56,864 nt of DNA from Rhodoferax sp. (GCA_043776215.1 JAYVRP010000807.1:1-56864), one strand, 5' to 3'. Counted from the stretch's first letter, positions 36,538-46,340 are shown. Numbers and translations: made by a program. Notes: generated by a model from the letters alone, not told the origin.

Positions 36538-36894
36538 ATGGCCACACTCAGCACCCATACCCTGAATTCGGTGGAAGGCACCCATGCCGGCCAAGTCGGC
36601 ATATCGCTGCTGCACGTCGCGCCCGACGGTGCACGCACGACCATATTCGACAAATGCTCCGACAGCGGCGGGCGCCTGTCGGAGCGTATCGACCCGGCAC
36701 TGGTGGACCCGGCGGCGGACTACTAGCTGGTGTTCCAGACCGGCGCGTATTTCGCCGCGCGCGGTCTGCCGCTGCCGGGGCTGCGCATCCAGAAGGAGGT
36801 GGTGATCCGCTTCTGTATGCCCGACCCGCAAGCCGCCTACCACGTGCCGCTGGTGATGGCACCCAATGGCTACAGCGTGTGGTTGTCGAGTTGA
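36538..36894 (+). pseudogene. Transthyretin-like (HIU hydrolase-like) gene with an in-frame TAG at codon 63
   Basis: MATLSTHTLN..G...DSGGRL...DY*LVFQTGAYF...YHVPLVMAPNGYSVWLSS; TAG at 36724-36726. Confidence 0.85.
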
Positions 36895-36955
36895 TCCGGC
36901 CGCCTGCCTGTTGCCCGAACCTGCATTCGCCCCCACTTCGACAAGGAGACAGTTC

Positions 36956-37942
36956 ATGACAAGGACCCGTTCGCACATCGGCCGCGTGCTCGCCACACTG
37001 CTGCTGGCATGGACGGTGGCAGGTGGCGCCGCTGCGCAGGACGCCTATCCCAGCCGGCCGATCAAAATGGTCGTGGCACAACCGCCGGGCAACTCGGCCG
37101 ACCTCGTCGCACGCATGATCAGCGAGCGACTGGGTCGCGCCGTCGGGCAGGCGGTGGTGGTGGAGAACAAACCCGGGGCCAGCGGCAGCATTGGCGTTGC
37201 GGCGATCGCTGCGGCGCCAGCCGATGGCTACACCATCGGCATCGGCGGGATCGGCCAGCTGGCGCTCAATCCGACGCTGTACTCCAGGCTGCCCTATGAC
37301 GCGCAGACCGGTTTCACCACGATCGCCATCGTCTACCGCGGGCCGATGCTGTTCCTGGTCGACCCGGCGTCACCGATCACCAGCTTGAAGGACCTGGTGC
37401 AGCAATCGCAGGCGCAAGCCACGGGGCTGGATTTTGCCTCCGCTGGGGCTGGCTCGATCATGCACCTGATGGGTGAGCAGTTCGCCCGCAGCACCAGGGC
37501 GAAGATGACGCACGTGCCCAACCGCGGCACCGGCGCCGCCGCCACGCTGGTGCTGGGCAAACATGCATCGGTGCTGGTCGAGAACGTCACCGCCAGCATC
37601 TCCTTCGTGCGCTCCGGCCAGCTGCGGCCGCTGGCGATCACCAGCGCCCAGCGCCATCCGTCCCTCCCGAATGTGCCCAGCATCGTCGAGGCTGGCTTTC
37701 CGGGCCTGGTCACCGAAGGCTGGCTGGCGCTGGTGGGGCCGGCCGGCATGCCAGCGGCTATCCGCGACCGGCTCGCAGAAGAGGTCCGCAAGATCATCCT
37801 GCTGCCGGACTTCCAGTCCTGGGTCATCACCAGTGGCGGCCTGGCCGAGCCGCTGACGCCAGAACAATCCACCGCCTATGTGCGCGCCGAGGCCTCCCGC
37901 TGGGCTGAGGTGATTCGTGTCGTCGGCCTGAAGCTCGACTGA
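36956..37942 (+). CDS. Bug/TctC tripartite tricarboxylate transporter substrate-binding protein
   Basis: YPSRPIKMVV..PPG.SAD, VENKPGASG, ADGYT, LPNVPS..EAG. Confidence 0.92.
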   Translation: MTRTRSHIGRVLATLLLAWTVAGGAAAQDAYPSRPIKMVVAQPPGNSADLVARMISERLGRAVGQAVVVENKPGASGSIGVAAIAAAPADGYTIGIGGIGQLALNPTLYSRLPYDAQTGFTTIAIVYRGPMLFLVDPASPITSLKDLVQQSQAQATGLDFASAGAGSIMHLMGEQFARSTRAKMTHVPNRGTGAAATLVLGKHASVLVENVTASISFVRSGQLRPLAITSAQRHPSLPNVPSIVEAGFPGLVTEGWLALVGPAGMPAAIRDRLAEEVRKIILLPDFQSWVITSGGLAEPLTPEQSTAYVRAEASRWAEVIRVVGLKLD

Positions 37943-37974
37943 AGTCGATCCACCCGCATCAACAGGAGTTCCCA

Positions 37975-39099
37975 TTGTCCACATCCGGCCTGAACATGTC
38001 GCGTCGCACCCGCCGAACCCCCTACACCGACCGCGTTGAGCAACACGGCGTGCGCGGCTTTTCCGTGGTCAACCACATGCTGCTGCCCAAGGCCTTCCAG
38101 CCCACGGTGGAAGAGGACTACTGGCACCTGCGCCAGCATGTTCAGCTGTGGGACGTGTCGTGCCAGCGGCAGGTGGAAATCAGGGGCCCGGATGCGGCGC
38201 GCCTGGTGCAGTGGATGACGCCGCGCGACTTGCGCAAGGCCCGGGTCGGCCAGTGCCTGTACGTCCCCCTGGTCGACGACAAGGGCGGCATGGTGAATGA
38301 CCCGGTGCTGCTCAAACATGCCGAGGACCACTACTGGCTGTCGATTGCCGACTCCGACGTTCTGCTGTGGGCCAAGGGACTGGCCATCGGCGCGAAGTTG
38401 AACGTGTCCGTCGAAGAACCCGACGTGTCGCCGCTGTCGCTGCAAGGCCCGCGGGCGGAGGACGTGATGGCCAAGGTGTTCGGCGAGGCGGTGCGCGACA
38501 TCCGCTTCTTCCACTTCGGCTTCGTCGACTTCATGGGCACGCGCCAGTTGGTGGAACGCGGTGGCTACTCGAAGCAGGGCGGCTTCGAGATCTACCTGAA
38601 CGACGGCAGGCTCGGCTCCGCCTTGTGGGATCTCATGTGGGAAGCGGGCCGCGAATTCAACATGACGCCCGGGTGCCCGAACCTGATCGAGCGCATCGAA
38701 GGCGGCCTGCTGTCGTACGGAAACGAATTCACGCGCGCGAACAACCCGCTCGAAGCGGGCCTGGGCAAGTATTGCAGGCTCGACGGGTCGATCGACTTCA
38801 TCGGCCGTGAGGCGCTGCAACAGGTAGCCCGCGAGGGCCATGCGCGCGAGATGCGCGGCGTGCTTTTCGACGGCGGCGTCTGCCCGCCCTGCGGCAAGCC
38901 GTGGCCGGTGATGGCTGGCGATGCTGATGGGCCGCAGATTGGACAGATCACATCGGCGGCCTGGTCGCCACGGCTCAAACGCAATGTCGGCCTGTCCCTG
39001 ATCGAACGCGCCTTCTGGGAGCCGGGCCAGGCGGTCACGGTGTGCAGCGGGGATGGAGCGCAACGCCCTGGTGTGGTGTCCGGGCTGCCGTTTGCCTGA
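37975..39099 (+). CDS. dmdA: DMSP demethylase DmdA-clade THF-dependent methyltransferase
   Basis: AGGAG + TTG start; SRRTRRTP, NHMLLP, WDVSCQRQV..GPDA, TPRDL, NDPV, YWLSIAD, VFGEAVRDIRFF, SKQGGFEIY, GCPNLIERIEGGLLSYGN, closely matching the DmdA pattern as I recall it. Confidence 0.75.
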   Translation: MSTSGLNMSRRTRRTPYTDRVEQHGVRGFSVVNHMLLPKAFQPTVEEDYWHLRQHVQLWDVSCQRQVEIRGPDAARLVQWMTPRDLRKARVGQCLYVPLVDDKGGMVNDPVLLKHAEDHYWLSIADSDVLLWAKGLAIGAKLNVSVEEPDVSPLSLQGPRAEDVMAKVFGEAVRDIRFFHFGFVDFMGTRQLVERGGYSKQGGFEIYLNDGRLGSALWDLMWEAGREFNMTPGCPNLIERIEGGLLSYGNEFTRANNPLEAGLGKYCRLDGSIDFIGREALQQVAREGHAREMRGVLFDGGVCPPCGKPWPVMAGDADGPQIGQITSAAWSPRLKRNVGLSLIERAFWEPGQAVTVCSGDGAQRPGVVSGLPFA

Positions 39100-39222
39100 C
39101 GCCGCTTCGGGGGGTGGCCGGGCAAGGACTCGGCATCGTCGCTTGCCGGCGCGGTATGCTTCTGTCACCACCGGCCACACTGGCACTGAAACTGGCCGTC
39201 GTGGCCGCACCGAGGTGACACC

Positions 39223-39747
39223 ATGCTCTCTCCCATCGATGCCCTCATCGCCAAGGACGCCATCCGCGACGTGCTCATGCGCTACTCGCGCGGGGTCGAC
39301 CGCGGCGACGCTGAATTGCTCAAGACCTGCTTCCACGCCGACTCGACCGATGACCACGGACACTGGAAGGGCAATGGCCACGACTTCGCGGATTTCATCG
39401 TGCAGTCGCTGCCCACGCGCGCCCACCATACGACCCATTCGGTGGCCAATGTGCTGATCGAACTCGATGCGCATGACGACGCACTGGCCCGCGCCGAGTC
39501 CTATGCCATCGCCTACCTGCGGCGCGCGGACGCCGACGGCGCCGAATGGCTGGACCTGTTCTCGGGCCGCTACATCGACCGCTTCGAGCGCCGCGACGGC
39601 CACTGGCGCATCGCCGACCGGGTGGTGGTGCACGACTGGTCGACCACAACGCGGCTCAACACGGAGGGCAGCTTCCACCTTCCGATGGCGGGGTTCACCC
39701 AGGGCTGCCGGGGGCGCTCGGACCTGGTGTACCAGCGGCGGGCCTAA
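39223..39747 (+). CDS. SnoaL-like / NTF2-fold protein
   Basis: IRDVLMRYSRGVDRGD, DDHG, GRYIDRFERRDGHWRIADR. Confidence 0.85.
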   Translation: MLSPIDALIAKDAIRDVLMRYSRGVDRGDAELLKTCFHADSTDDHGHWKGNGHDFADFIVQSLPTRAHHTTHSVANVLIELDAHDDALARAESYAIAYLRRADADGAEWLDLFSGRYIDRFERRDGHWRIADRVVVHDWSTTTRLNTEGSFHLPMAGFTQGCRGRSDLVYQRRA

Positions 39748-39858
39748 CTCTGGCCCGGGAGGGGCGCGCGGTCGCAGCATCCGGCCGACGGGGTCGATTG
39801 AATCTGGGATTGGCAGCAGGGCATTGGCTGGCTATTGTCATCGGTATATACTTTTGTC

Positions 39859-40134
39859 ATGCAGGTCGAGTTCGATGCCGGGAAGGATGCGAGTAACCTG
39901 CGCAAACATGGGATCGGATTGGCGGATGCGGCGTATGTGTTTCTTGACCCGGATCGGCTGGATTTGCCGGACTATCGCAAGGATTACGGCGAAGAACGAC
40001 GCATCGTTGTCGGCACCATCGGCCGCAGAGTGCTGGTCGTGGTCTACACCTGGCGGGTCGTTGTGGTGCGACTGATTTCAGCAAGGAGAGCCAATGAACG
40101 AGAGCAAAAGAGGTACCACGCGCTTCGCAATTGA
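39859..40134 (+). CDS. brnT: BrnT-family toxin
   Basis: EFDAGKDASNLRKHGI, DYGEERRI.VG, VVYT.R, RLISARRA. Confidence 0.9.
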   Translation: MQVEFDAGKDASNLRKHGIGLADAAYVFLDPDRLDLPDYRKDYGEERRIVVGTIGRRVLVVVYTWRVVVVRLISARRANEREQKRYHALRN

Positions 40135-40426
40135 TGGGGCGGCCTTGAAGTCGGCCGAAGCCAAGGCACTGAACGAGCGCCTCGGGAAGTCAGACACCAC
40201 GCCCATCGACTACACCGACGTTCCCGAGCTGTCGGCTGCATGGTTCCTGCAGGCCGCTCGCACGAAAAGCCTGGCGTCGCCGCCCGCCAAGAAGCCGATC
40301 AGCATCAAGCTCGACGAGGATGTGCTGGGCTTCTTCAAGAGCGAGGGTTCGCGCTACCAGACGCACATCAATGCCGTGCTGCGCGCTTACATGCACGCGC
40401 GGCAGATCGAGAAATCCAAGGCCTGA
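40094..40426 (+). CDS. brnA: BrnA-family antitoxin
   Basis: IDYTDVPEL, KKPISIKLDEDVLGFFKSEGSRYQTHINAVLRAY. Confidence 0.88.
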   Translation: MNESKRGTTRFAIDGAALKSAEAKALNERLGKSDTTPIDYTDVPELSAAWFLQAARTKSLASPPAKKPISIKLDEDVLGFFKSEGSRYQTHINAVLRAYMHARQIEKSKA

Positions 40427-40629
40427 GCCGGCGGCGCGGGGTGGGCCGCGCAATTTCAGTCACGGGGTCAGGCCACATGAACTGGCCCCGGCCGGGCCCT
40501 GTGGCGCCAGTGCCGGACCGACGCCACTGGCGCCGAGTGGCCGTGTACCCCAGCGGAACTGTCGGACCCGAGCAGGGACCGACAAGAAGCGGCAGTAGAA
40601 GATGCCGCAGGGACTATGTCAGATGTGGC

Positions 40630-40790
40630 CAGGCCTGCTTGCGACGGCGCACCGCCCCGAGGCCGGCGAGCGTGATCCGACCAAGGCGATGGAGCCGGGT
40701 TCCGCAACGTCGGTTGGTGGATCTTTGAACACAACGGACGTGGTGATCGTCAGGTTGTAGCCGGTCGTGTGCCGTTCAGCAAAGAAGAAA
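40630..40790 (-). pseudogene. Degenerate PEP-CTERM protein 3' end
   Basis: ...DPPTDVAEPGSIALVG, then a 1-nt frameshift, then ITLAGLGAVRRRKQA. Confidence 0.7.
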
Positions 40791-40814
40791 TAGAAACTGC
40801 GAATAGAAAAATCA

Positions 40815-40861
40815 AACGATGAGCGCAATGCAGTGAGCGGCAGCCGGCTGCGTGATGTCAT
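40815..40861 (-). pseudogene. 5' stub of a LysR paralog
   Basis: MTSRSRLPLTALRS vs MSSRSRLPLTALRS at 34618. Confidence 0.7.
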
Positions 40862-40935
40862 TCCTTCAGTGTGGGACTGAGCGGCCGTGGTGCAAACATA
40901 AGTTCATTCAAGAACAGATCAATACACTATAAGCG

Positions 40936-41154
40936 TCACAGGCGCTGATCGACGAGGTCACCGCCTTCGCCACCCGGCCCGTTGCCGTTAACGCGCACGC
41001 CTGACAACCCGGTGACGTACTCGTTTGGGACGAACGCGCCACCCTGCACCGCGGCAAGCCCTGGCCCTACCACGAAGAGCGCACGTTGGCGAGCATCTGC
41101 ATCTCGGCGCGGGATGTGGACGGGTTGGAGCAGGTGCGGCCGGAAGCTCGGTAA
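40936..41154 (+). pseudogene. 3' fragment of a TauD/TfdA dioxygenase with an internal stop
   Basis: SQALIDEVTAFATR...*QPGDVLVWDERATLHRGKPWPYHEERTLASICISARDVDGLEQVRPEAR; near-copy of the 53883-54107 segment. Confidence 0.85.
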
Positions 41155-41405
41155 CGGTTAATTTTCCTCGGGTTGCGTGCAGTCGGATACGGTGCGGCGC
41201 GGGGGATTCCGTGCTCTTTGCAGGTCACCGTGTCGTGGACCCGGTCTCCCAGCTCGCAGGGTTCGGCCGATAGCATTCACGCGCAACGTCGGAGATCGGG
41301 CATGGTCCCACGGTCGCGCGGACCCTCGTCTGTACATGGCGCTCAACGTTTGGCTTGCGCGAGCCACCGTCCGGCTCGCCCCAGACGATTTCGACCTCGG
41401 TACCC
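40936..41405. repeat. Left arm of a ~470-bp diverged inverted duplication
   Basis: Reverse-complement homology to 53640-54107, across both gene ends and the intergenic spacer. Confidence 0.85.
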
Positions 41406-42625
41406 GGAGCGCTGATGCTCCCGTCGACCATCGCCAGCGAAATCCAGCGCCGAAAGTTTGAGGTGTAGATCGGGTAGCACGAGATGCCGACCATCTTGTC
41501 GTTCTGCAGCACCATGTCATAGGGCAATGTTGCATAGTGCGAAGCCGGTATGTCCATGAACTTCGCTCTGTCGCCGTGCTCGAACAGCGTCGCGAATATA
41601 GCGATTACGTCTTCGTTGTTCCATGACAGCGTGACCTTGCGACGGTGCGGCTGTTCCTTGAGCTTCAATAGTGCATCTCGCCCAATGAAATCATGGTCGA
41701 AGCTGAGGATATGGCCGTAGCCCAGGTCCCAAGGCGTCAGGTAATAGTCCTCTATGTTGGAGGATACGAAGCTTCCCCCCAGTGACGCGTTGGCTTCAAA
41801 CCCGTCAGCGCTGAGCCATTGCCGGTACGGTTTCATCTTTTCGCCGGCATAGATTGCAGGAATCGGCGAGGGGATCCAACCCGACTCGTGCGCGACCGTC
41901 GAATAGGTCTTCGCACCACCCTGCAAAAGCCCGAACTCCTGGCCGGCCTCCAAGAGTGCCGCCTTGATTTCCTCGCCTTCATCCATCGGACCGAACAGTT
42001 CCAAGCCAGGCGCACCTGCCATTCCGTGACGTAGAGCCCGCACCTGCCGGCCGGCAATGCGGATCTCGCCCATGTTGAAGAACTTGATTTCAGGGATGTG
42101 CCCGCCATTTGCCTTTTCCAGGATCTTCCAGGCGTTGGGTCCCTGCACTTCGAACCGATAGCCCTTGCGCTTGCCGGCATTGACGAGGCTGCGATCGTCG
42201 CGGTCCACCTTGACATCGTAGCCCTCCGTCAATGCATGGAACTCCGCCCAGTTGCCCGCCGCAGGGCGATTGACGATATTGACCTTGTACTCTTCCAGGC
42301 CAAAAAGGATGGCGTCCCCAATCACGTAGCCGTCATGGTTGCACACCACCAATTGCTTGGCCTTGTCGCGGCCGAAGTTCTTGAACGAGTTGATACCGAG
42401 ATCGCCTAGCAAGCGGTGTACGTCCGGACCTTCGATGTAGTGGTCCGTCATGTGGTAGGACTGGTCCATGAGGATGGCGGTCTTGCGCCAGGACTCCTGC
42501 TCATCGCGCCAGTTCGTGAATTCGCTCTTGATCGGAAACACATAGGGCCCGACCTGCGCGTTGCGCAGCATGTCGACCGGGTTGCCGAGCTGCTGGATCT
42601 TGTCCTCGAGTGAGCGGACGGGCAT
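41225..42625 (-). CDS. LigM/DesA-like THF-dependent aryl O-demethylase (GcvT family)
   Basis: VDMLRNAQVGPYVFP, EFTNWRDEQ, DQSYHM, INSFKNF, LRHGMAG, ESGWIPSP, YYLTPWDLGY, WGEPDGGS.K..VERHVQ. Confidence 0.88.
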   Translation of the reverse strand: MPVRSLEDKIQQLGNPVDMLRNAQVGPYVFPIKSEFTNWRDEQESWRKTAILMDQSYHMTDHYIEGPDVHRLLGDLGINSFKNFGRDKAKQLVVCNHDGYVIGDAILFGLEEYKVNIVNRPAAGNWAEFHALTEGYDVKVDRDDRSLVNAGKRKGYRFEVQGPNAWKILEKANGGHIPEIKFFNMGEIRIAGRQVRALRHGMAGAPGLELFGPMDEGEEIKAALLEAGQEFGLLQGGAKTYSTVAHESGWIPSPIPAIYAGEKMKPYRQWLSADGFEANASLGGSFVSSNIEDYYLTPWDLGYGHILSFDHDFIGRDALLKLKEQPHRRKVTLSWNNEDVIAIFATLFEHGDRAKFMDIPASHYATLPYDMVLQNDKMVGISCYPIYTSNFRRWISLAMVDGSISAPGTEVEIVWGEPDGGSRKPNVERHVQTRVRATVGPCPISDVARECYRPNPASWETGSTTR

Positions 42626-42979
42626 ATGTGTTTACTCCTTTTGTTGTGGGAAAGATTCAGTACTGGTCTGGCGAACCGAGACGCCGCTGCGCCGACTCAA
42701 CTCAGCGTGCGTCGGTGCGTAAGGAATTTTCGTATGACGTTGTGGCTTGGCCTAGCGAACGGCGTATTGAAGTCAGCATCGGTAGCACTTCTCAGTTGTC
42801 GGCGATGCGCGCATTATTCTCAGCCAGGTAAATTCCGGTGTTTCAATTCGATCCCATGAGCGATCCAAATTGCTTATCGATACGCGCGGGCTGTTGGGAT
42901 AAATAAAACCGATGGGTAGCAACGAGATTGGCATTGGTCAACGCCCTGACGGGCAACTATCGTTTGTCGCTTCCACGCC

Positions 42980-43843
42980 ATGCAAGTTCTCGCCAGCATC
43001 CTTGTCAACGGTCTCGCTTCAGCGATGATCCTGTACATCATCGCCATCGGCCTCTCACTCACAATGGGGTTGATGGGATTCGCGAACCTGGCCCATTGCG
43101 TCTTCGCCAGCGCCGGAGGGTATGCCGCGATCTGGGCCATGCAGCGACTCGGTCTGGATTTCTGGATCGCCCTGGGGTTCGCAACCGTTCTGGTGGCATT
43201 GCTGGCGGTGCCGATCGAGCGGCTGCTCTACGCGCGCCTGTACGGTGCAGCCGAGCTGGACCAGGTGCTTTTTACGATTGGACTGATTTTCATCGCCATG
43301 GCCACGGCCAAATTCCTGTTCGGGCCTTCGCCTTTGAACTTCACGATTCCGGAGAGCCTACGTGGGCAGGTGGAACTTGCCGGCGCATCCGGCATCCCGG
43401 CCTATCGCGTGGCGATCGTCGTGGCCGGATTTCTGTTGTTCGCCTCGCTCTGGCTGCTGGTTGAAAGGACTTCCATGGGAGCCCGGCTCCGGGCAACCGT
43501 GGATAACCGCCGCATTGCCGAAGCAGTCGGCATACGCACCGACCGGCTGTTCATGTTGACCTTCGGCGTGGGTAGCGGCTTGGCCGCCCTCGGCGGCGCT
43601 CTGGGCGCCGAGGTTCTGCCGATTCGGCCGAGTTACGCGGTGGACCAGTTGAACTACGTGTTGATTGTGGTATCTGTCGGCGGTCTGGGGACATTGCACG
43701 GCCCGCTTGTTGCGGCGCTGCTTCTCGGTGTGGGCGATACCGCGTGCAAGTACTTCCTGCCGGAGTTCGGCGCCTTCTTCATCTTCGCGGCCATGATCGC
43801 CCTGCTTCTGTGGCGGCCCGAGGGCCTGTTCAGTACCCGATGA
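42980..43843 (+). CDS. Branched-chain-type ABC permease (LivH-like)
   Basis: GLSLTMGLMGFANLAH, VGGLGTLHG, WRPEGLF. Confidence 0.9.
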   Translation: MQVLASILVNGLASAMILYIIAIGLSLTMGLMGFANLAHCVFASAGGYAAIWAMQRLGLDFWIALGFATVLVALLAVPIERLLYARLYGAAELDQVLFTIGLIFIAMATAKFLFGPSPLNFTIPESLRGQVELAGASGIPAYRVAIVVAGFLLFASLWLLVERTSMGARLRATVDNRRIAEAVGIRTDRLFMLTFGVGSGLAALGGALGAEVLPIRPSYAVDQLNYVLIVVSVGGLGTLHGPLVAALLLGVGDTACKYFLPEFGAFFIFAAMIALLLWRPEGLFSTR

Positions 43844-44835
43844 ATGCTGCCGCGCCCGGGCCACTCATGGCGCTGGCCACGCGCCATCGATGGCATTGGC
43901 TGGAGCTTGTGCCGTGGGTGTTGGCCATGACTGCCTTTTTCGTCTTTCCGAAGAACTTGCAATTGGGGACGCAGGTGCTGATCATGACCTTGTTTGCAAT
44001 GTCGCTGGATCTGCTTCTGGGGTACGCGGGTGTAGTCACCCTGGGACATGCAGCCTTCTTCGGGATCGGCGCGTACTGCGCCGGCATCATGTCGGCCAGG
44101 TTCGGGTTGCATAACCCTTTGATAGGCCTCGCGGTATCGGGCGTTCTGGCCGCAGCGGCAGGCCTGGTTTGCGGCGCTGTAATCTTGCGAACCAAGGGAT
44201 TGACGCTATTGATGCTGACCTTGGGCATCATGCTGATGCTTTCGGAAGGCGCCAATCGCGCCGCATGGCTGACCGGTGGCGCTGATGGACTACAAGGCGT
44301 CAGTGTCGGCAAGCTACTAGGCCTTTTCGCCTGGGATCTGCATGGCCGTACGAGCTATGTTTATTGTCTGGTTGTCTGCTTCTTGTGTTTCCTGTTGCTT
44401 CGCACACTCACACTGTCCCCGTTCGGGCGCTCACTCGTGGGTATTCGTGAGAACGCGCAACGCATGGACGCGATCGGGACGCCGGTGCGCATGCGCCTGG
44501 TGGTCGTCTATGGAATCGCTGCACTGCTGGCCGGAATTGCCGGAGCGCTCAACGCCCAGACTAACCAGTTCGTGGCACTCAACGTGTTGTCGTTCGAGTT
44601 GTCTGGCGCGGTGCTGATCATGCTGATTCTGGGTGGCACGGGCCGCCTTTATGGAGCATTCATCGGTGCGCCGGTCTACATGATTGCCGCGGACTGGTTC
44701 GCGCGTCTGGACCCCGTGTACTGGCTTTTCTGGCTTGGCACCATGCTGGTGGCGCTGGTGATGTTCGCACGCGGTGGCGTTTTGGGCCTTTGGGACCAGC
44801 TTGCGCAAACACGCGACTGGATGCGCCGGGGCTGA
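43840..44835 (+). CDS. Branched-chain-type ABC permease (LivM-like)
   Basis: ATGA overlap; SLDLLLGYAGVVTLGHAAFFG, TGGADG, SPFGRSLVGIREN. Confidence 0.9.
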   Translation: MNAAAPGPLMALATRHRWHWLELVPWVLAMTAFFVFPKNLQLGTQVLIMTLFAMSLDLLLGYAGVVTLGHAAFFGIGAYCAGIMSARFGLHNPLIGLAVSGVLAAAAGLVCGAVILRTKGLTLLMLTLGIMLMLSEGANRAAWLTGGADGLQGVSVGKLLGLFAWDLHGRTSYVYCLVVCFLCFLLLRTLTLSPFGRSLVGIRENAQRMDAIGTPVRMRLVVVYGIAALLAGIAGALNAQTNQFVALNVLSFELSGAVLIMLILGGTGRLYGAFIGAPVYMIAADWFARLDPVYWLFWLGTMLVALVMFARGGVLGLWDQLAQTRDWMRRG

Positions 44836-44837
44836 TC

Positions 44838-45599
44838 ATGCAAGCAACCCTCAAGACCATCGGTTTGTCCAAGCGCTTTGGCGCGTTGGATGCCGTCGCC
44901 GGCATCGACTTCGAGCTCCAGCCCGGGGCACGGCATGCGTTGATTGGTCCGAATGGGGCGGGTAAGACAACCTTTGTGAATCTGGTCAGTGGCCGCATCG
45001 CCCCTACTTCAGGACAGGTGTTGCTGGACGGCGAGGACGTTACCAGTCTCGGTCAGGCAAAGAGGGTGCGTCGAGGTCTGGTGCGCACATTCCAAATCAA
45101 CACGCTGTGCGCCGGGCTCTCGGCACTGGAGAACGTGGCGCTGGCCATCAGCGAGCGCATCGGCGTCGGCTGGCACATGCTGCGCCCTGCTGGGGCGCAT
45201 GCGTCGGTGCTGGCCGAGGCGCACGCCGCGTTGGCACAACTGGGAATCGCTTCCACTGCCAGTCGGCTGGTGCGTGAACTCGCGTACGGCGAGCGGCGAC
45301 TGGTGGAAATCGCGCTGGCTCTGGCGCTCAAGCCCAAGGTCCTGTTGCTCGACGAGCCCGCAGCGGGTGTGCCGGCCAGCGAAAGTGCACTTGTTCTGCA
45401 GAGTCTCTCGCGACTTCCGGCTCACATCGCGATCATGATCATCGAACATGACATGGATATCGTGTTCCGCTTTGCGCATCGAATCACGGTCCTGGACCAG
45501 GGCCGGGTCGTGGCCATCGGTACGCCTGCCGAAATCGCGGCGGACGAACGCGTCAAGGCGATCTATTTTGGCAACCAGCGGCAGGCTCACCATGCGTGA
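44838..45599 (+). CDS. ABC ATPase (LivG-like)
   Basis: GPNGAGKTT, LAYGERR, LLDEPAAG, IEHDMD. Confidence 0.92.
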   Translation: MQATLKTIGLSKRFGALDAVAGIDFELQPGARHALIGPNGAGKTTFVNLVSGRIAPTSGQVLLDGEDVTSLGQAKRVRRGLVRTFQINTLCAGLSALENVALAISERIGVGWHMLRPAGAHASVLAEAHAALAQLGIASTASRLVRELAYGERRLVEIALALALKPKVLLLDEPAAGVPASESALVLQSLSRLPAHIAIMIIEHDMDIVFRFAHRITVLDQGRVVAIGTPAEIAADERVKAIYFGNQRQAHHA

Positions 45600-46308
45600 T
45601 ACGACGATCGGTTTGCTTGCGCTGAACGATCTCCGTGCCGGGTACGGCCCCACGATTGTGCTGGACGGCATCAACCTGCGCGTCGATGCAGGTGAGACCA
45701 TCGCCATTCTCGGACGCAATGGGGTCGGCAAGACGACTTTGCTCGAGACCGTGATGGGCCTGACGACGTTCGGCGGCGGGGAGATCATCTTCAGGGGGAA
45801 TCAGATTGCGGCCTGGCCGACATGGCGGCGTTCACGCCAGGGCTTGGCGCTGGTTCCCCAGCAGCGAGAGATCTTCGGATCGTTGAGCGTCGAGGAAAAC
45901 CTGCGGGTTGCGCAGCGCGGTGGCCAGTGGAGCATCGAGCGCGCGTTCGACCTCTTTCCCAGGCTTGCCGAGCGTCGGCGCAACCGCGGTAACCAGCTCT
46001 CGGGGGGCGAGCAGCAAATGCTCTCGGTGGCCCGCGCGCTGATGGGAAGCCCAGAGGTGTTGTTGCTCGACGAACCACTGGAGGGACTCGCGCCCATCGT
46101 TGTCCATTCGCTGGTGGAGGCTTTGCAGCGCCTGCGCAGCGAGACCTCGATCACCATGCTTCTGGTGGAGCAGCACGCGGTGCTGGCTCTGGATTTCGCG
46201 CCGCGCGCAGTCGCGCTGGTGCGTGGACGGGTGGTGTACGACGGTGCCAGCGCAATGTTGGCAAACGACACCCAACGCCTGACTGCCCTGATCGGCGTTG
46301 GAAATTGA
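45592..46308 (+). CDS. ABC ATPase (LivF-like)
   Basis: GRNGVGKTT, LSGGEQQML, LLDEPLEGLAP. Confidence 0.92.
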   Translation: MRDTTIGLLALNDLRAGYGPTIVLDGINLRVDAGETIAILGRNGVGKTTLLETVMGLTTFGGGEIIFRGNQIAAWPTWRRSRQGLALVPQQREIFGSLSVEENLRVAQRGGQWSIERAFDLFPRLAERRRNRGNQLSGGEQQMLSVARALMGSPEVLLLDEPLEGLAPIVVHSLVEALQRLRSETSITMLLVEQHAVLALDFAPRAVALVRGRVVYDGASAMLANDTQRLTALIGVGN

Positions 46309-46340
46309 CGGGGTGGACTTTGTAGCAACGACTGAGGAGT

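Noticed and set aside
36724-36726. Pyrrolysine or programmed amber readthrough
   Set aside because: No pyl genes in the window, TAG ends other genes here (e.g. 36524-36526), and a GAG-to-TAG change explains it.
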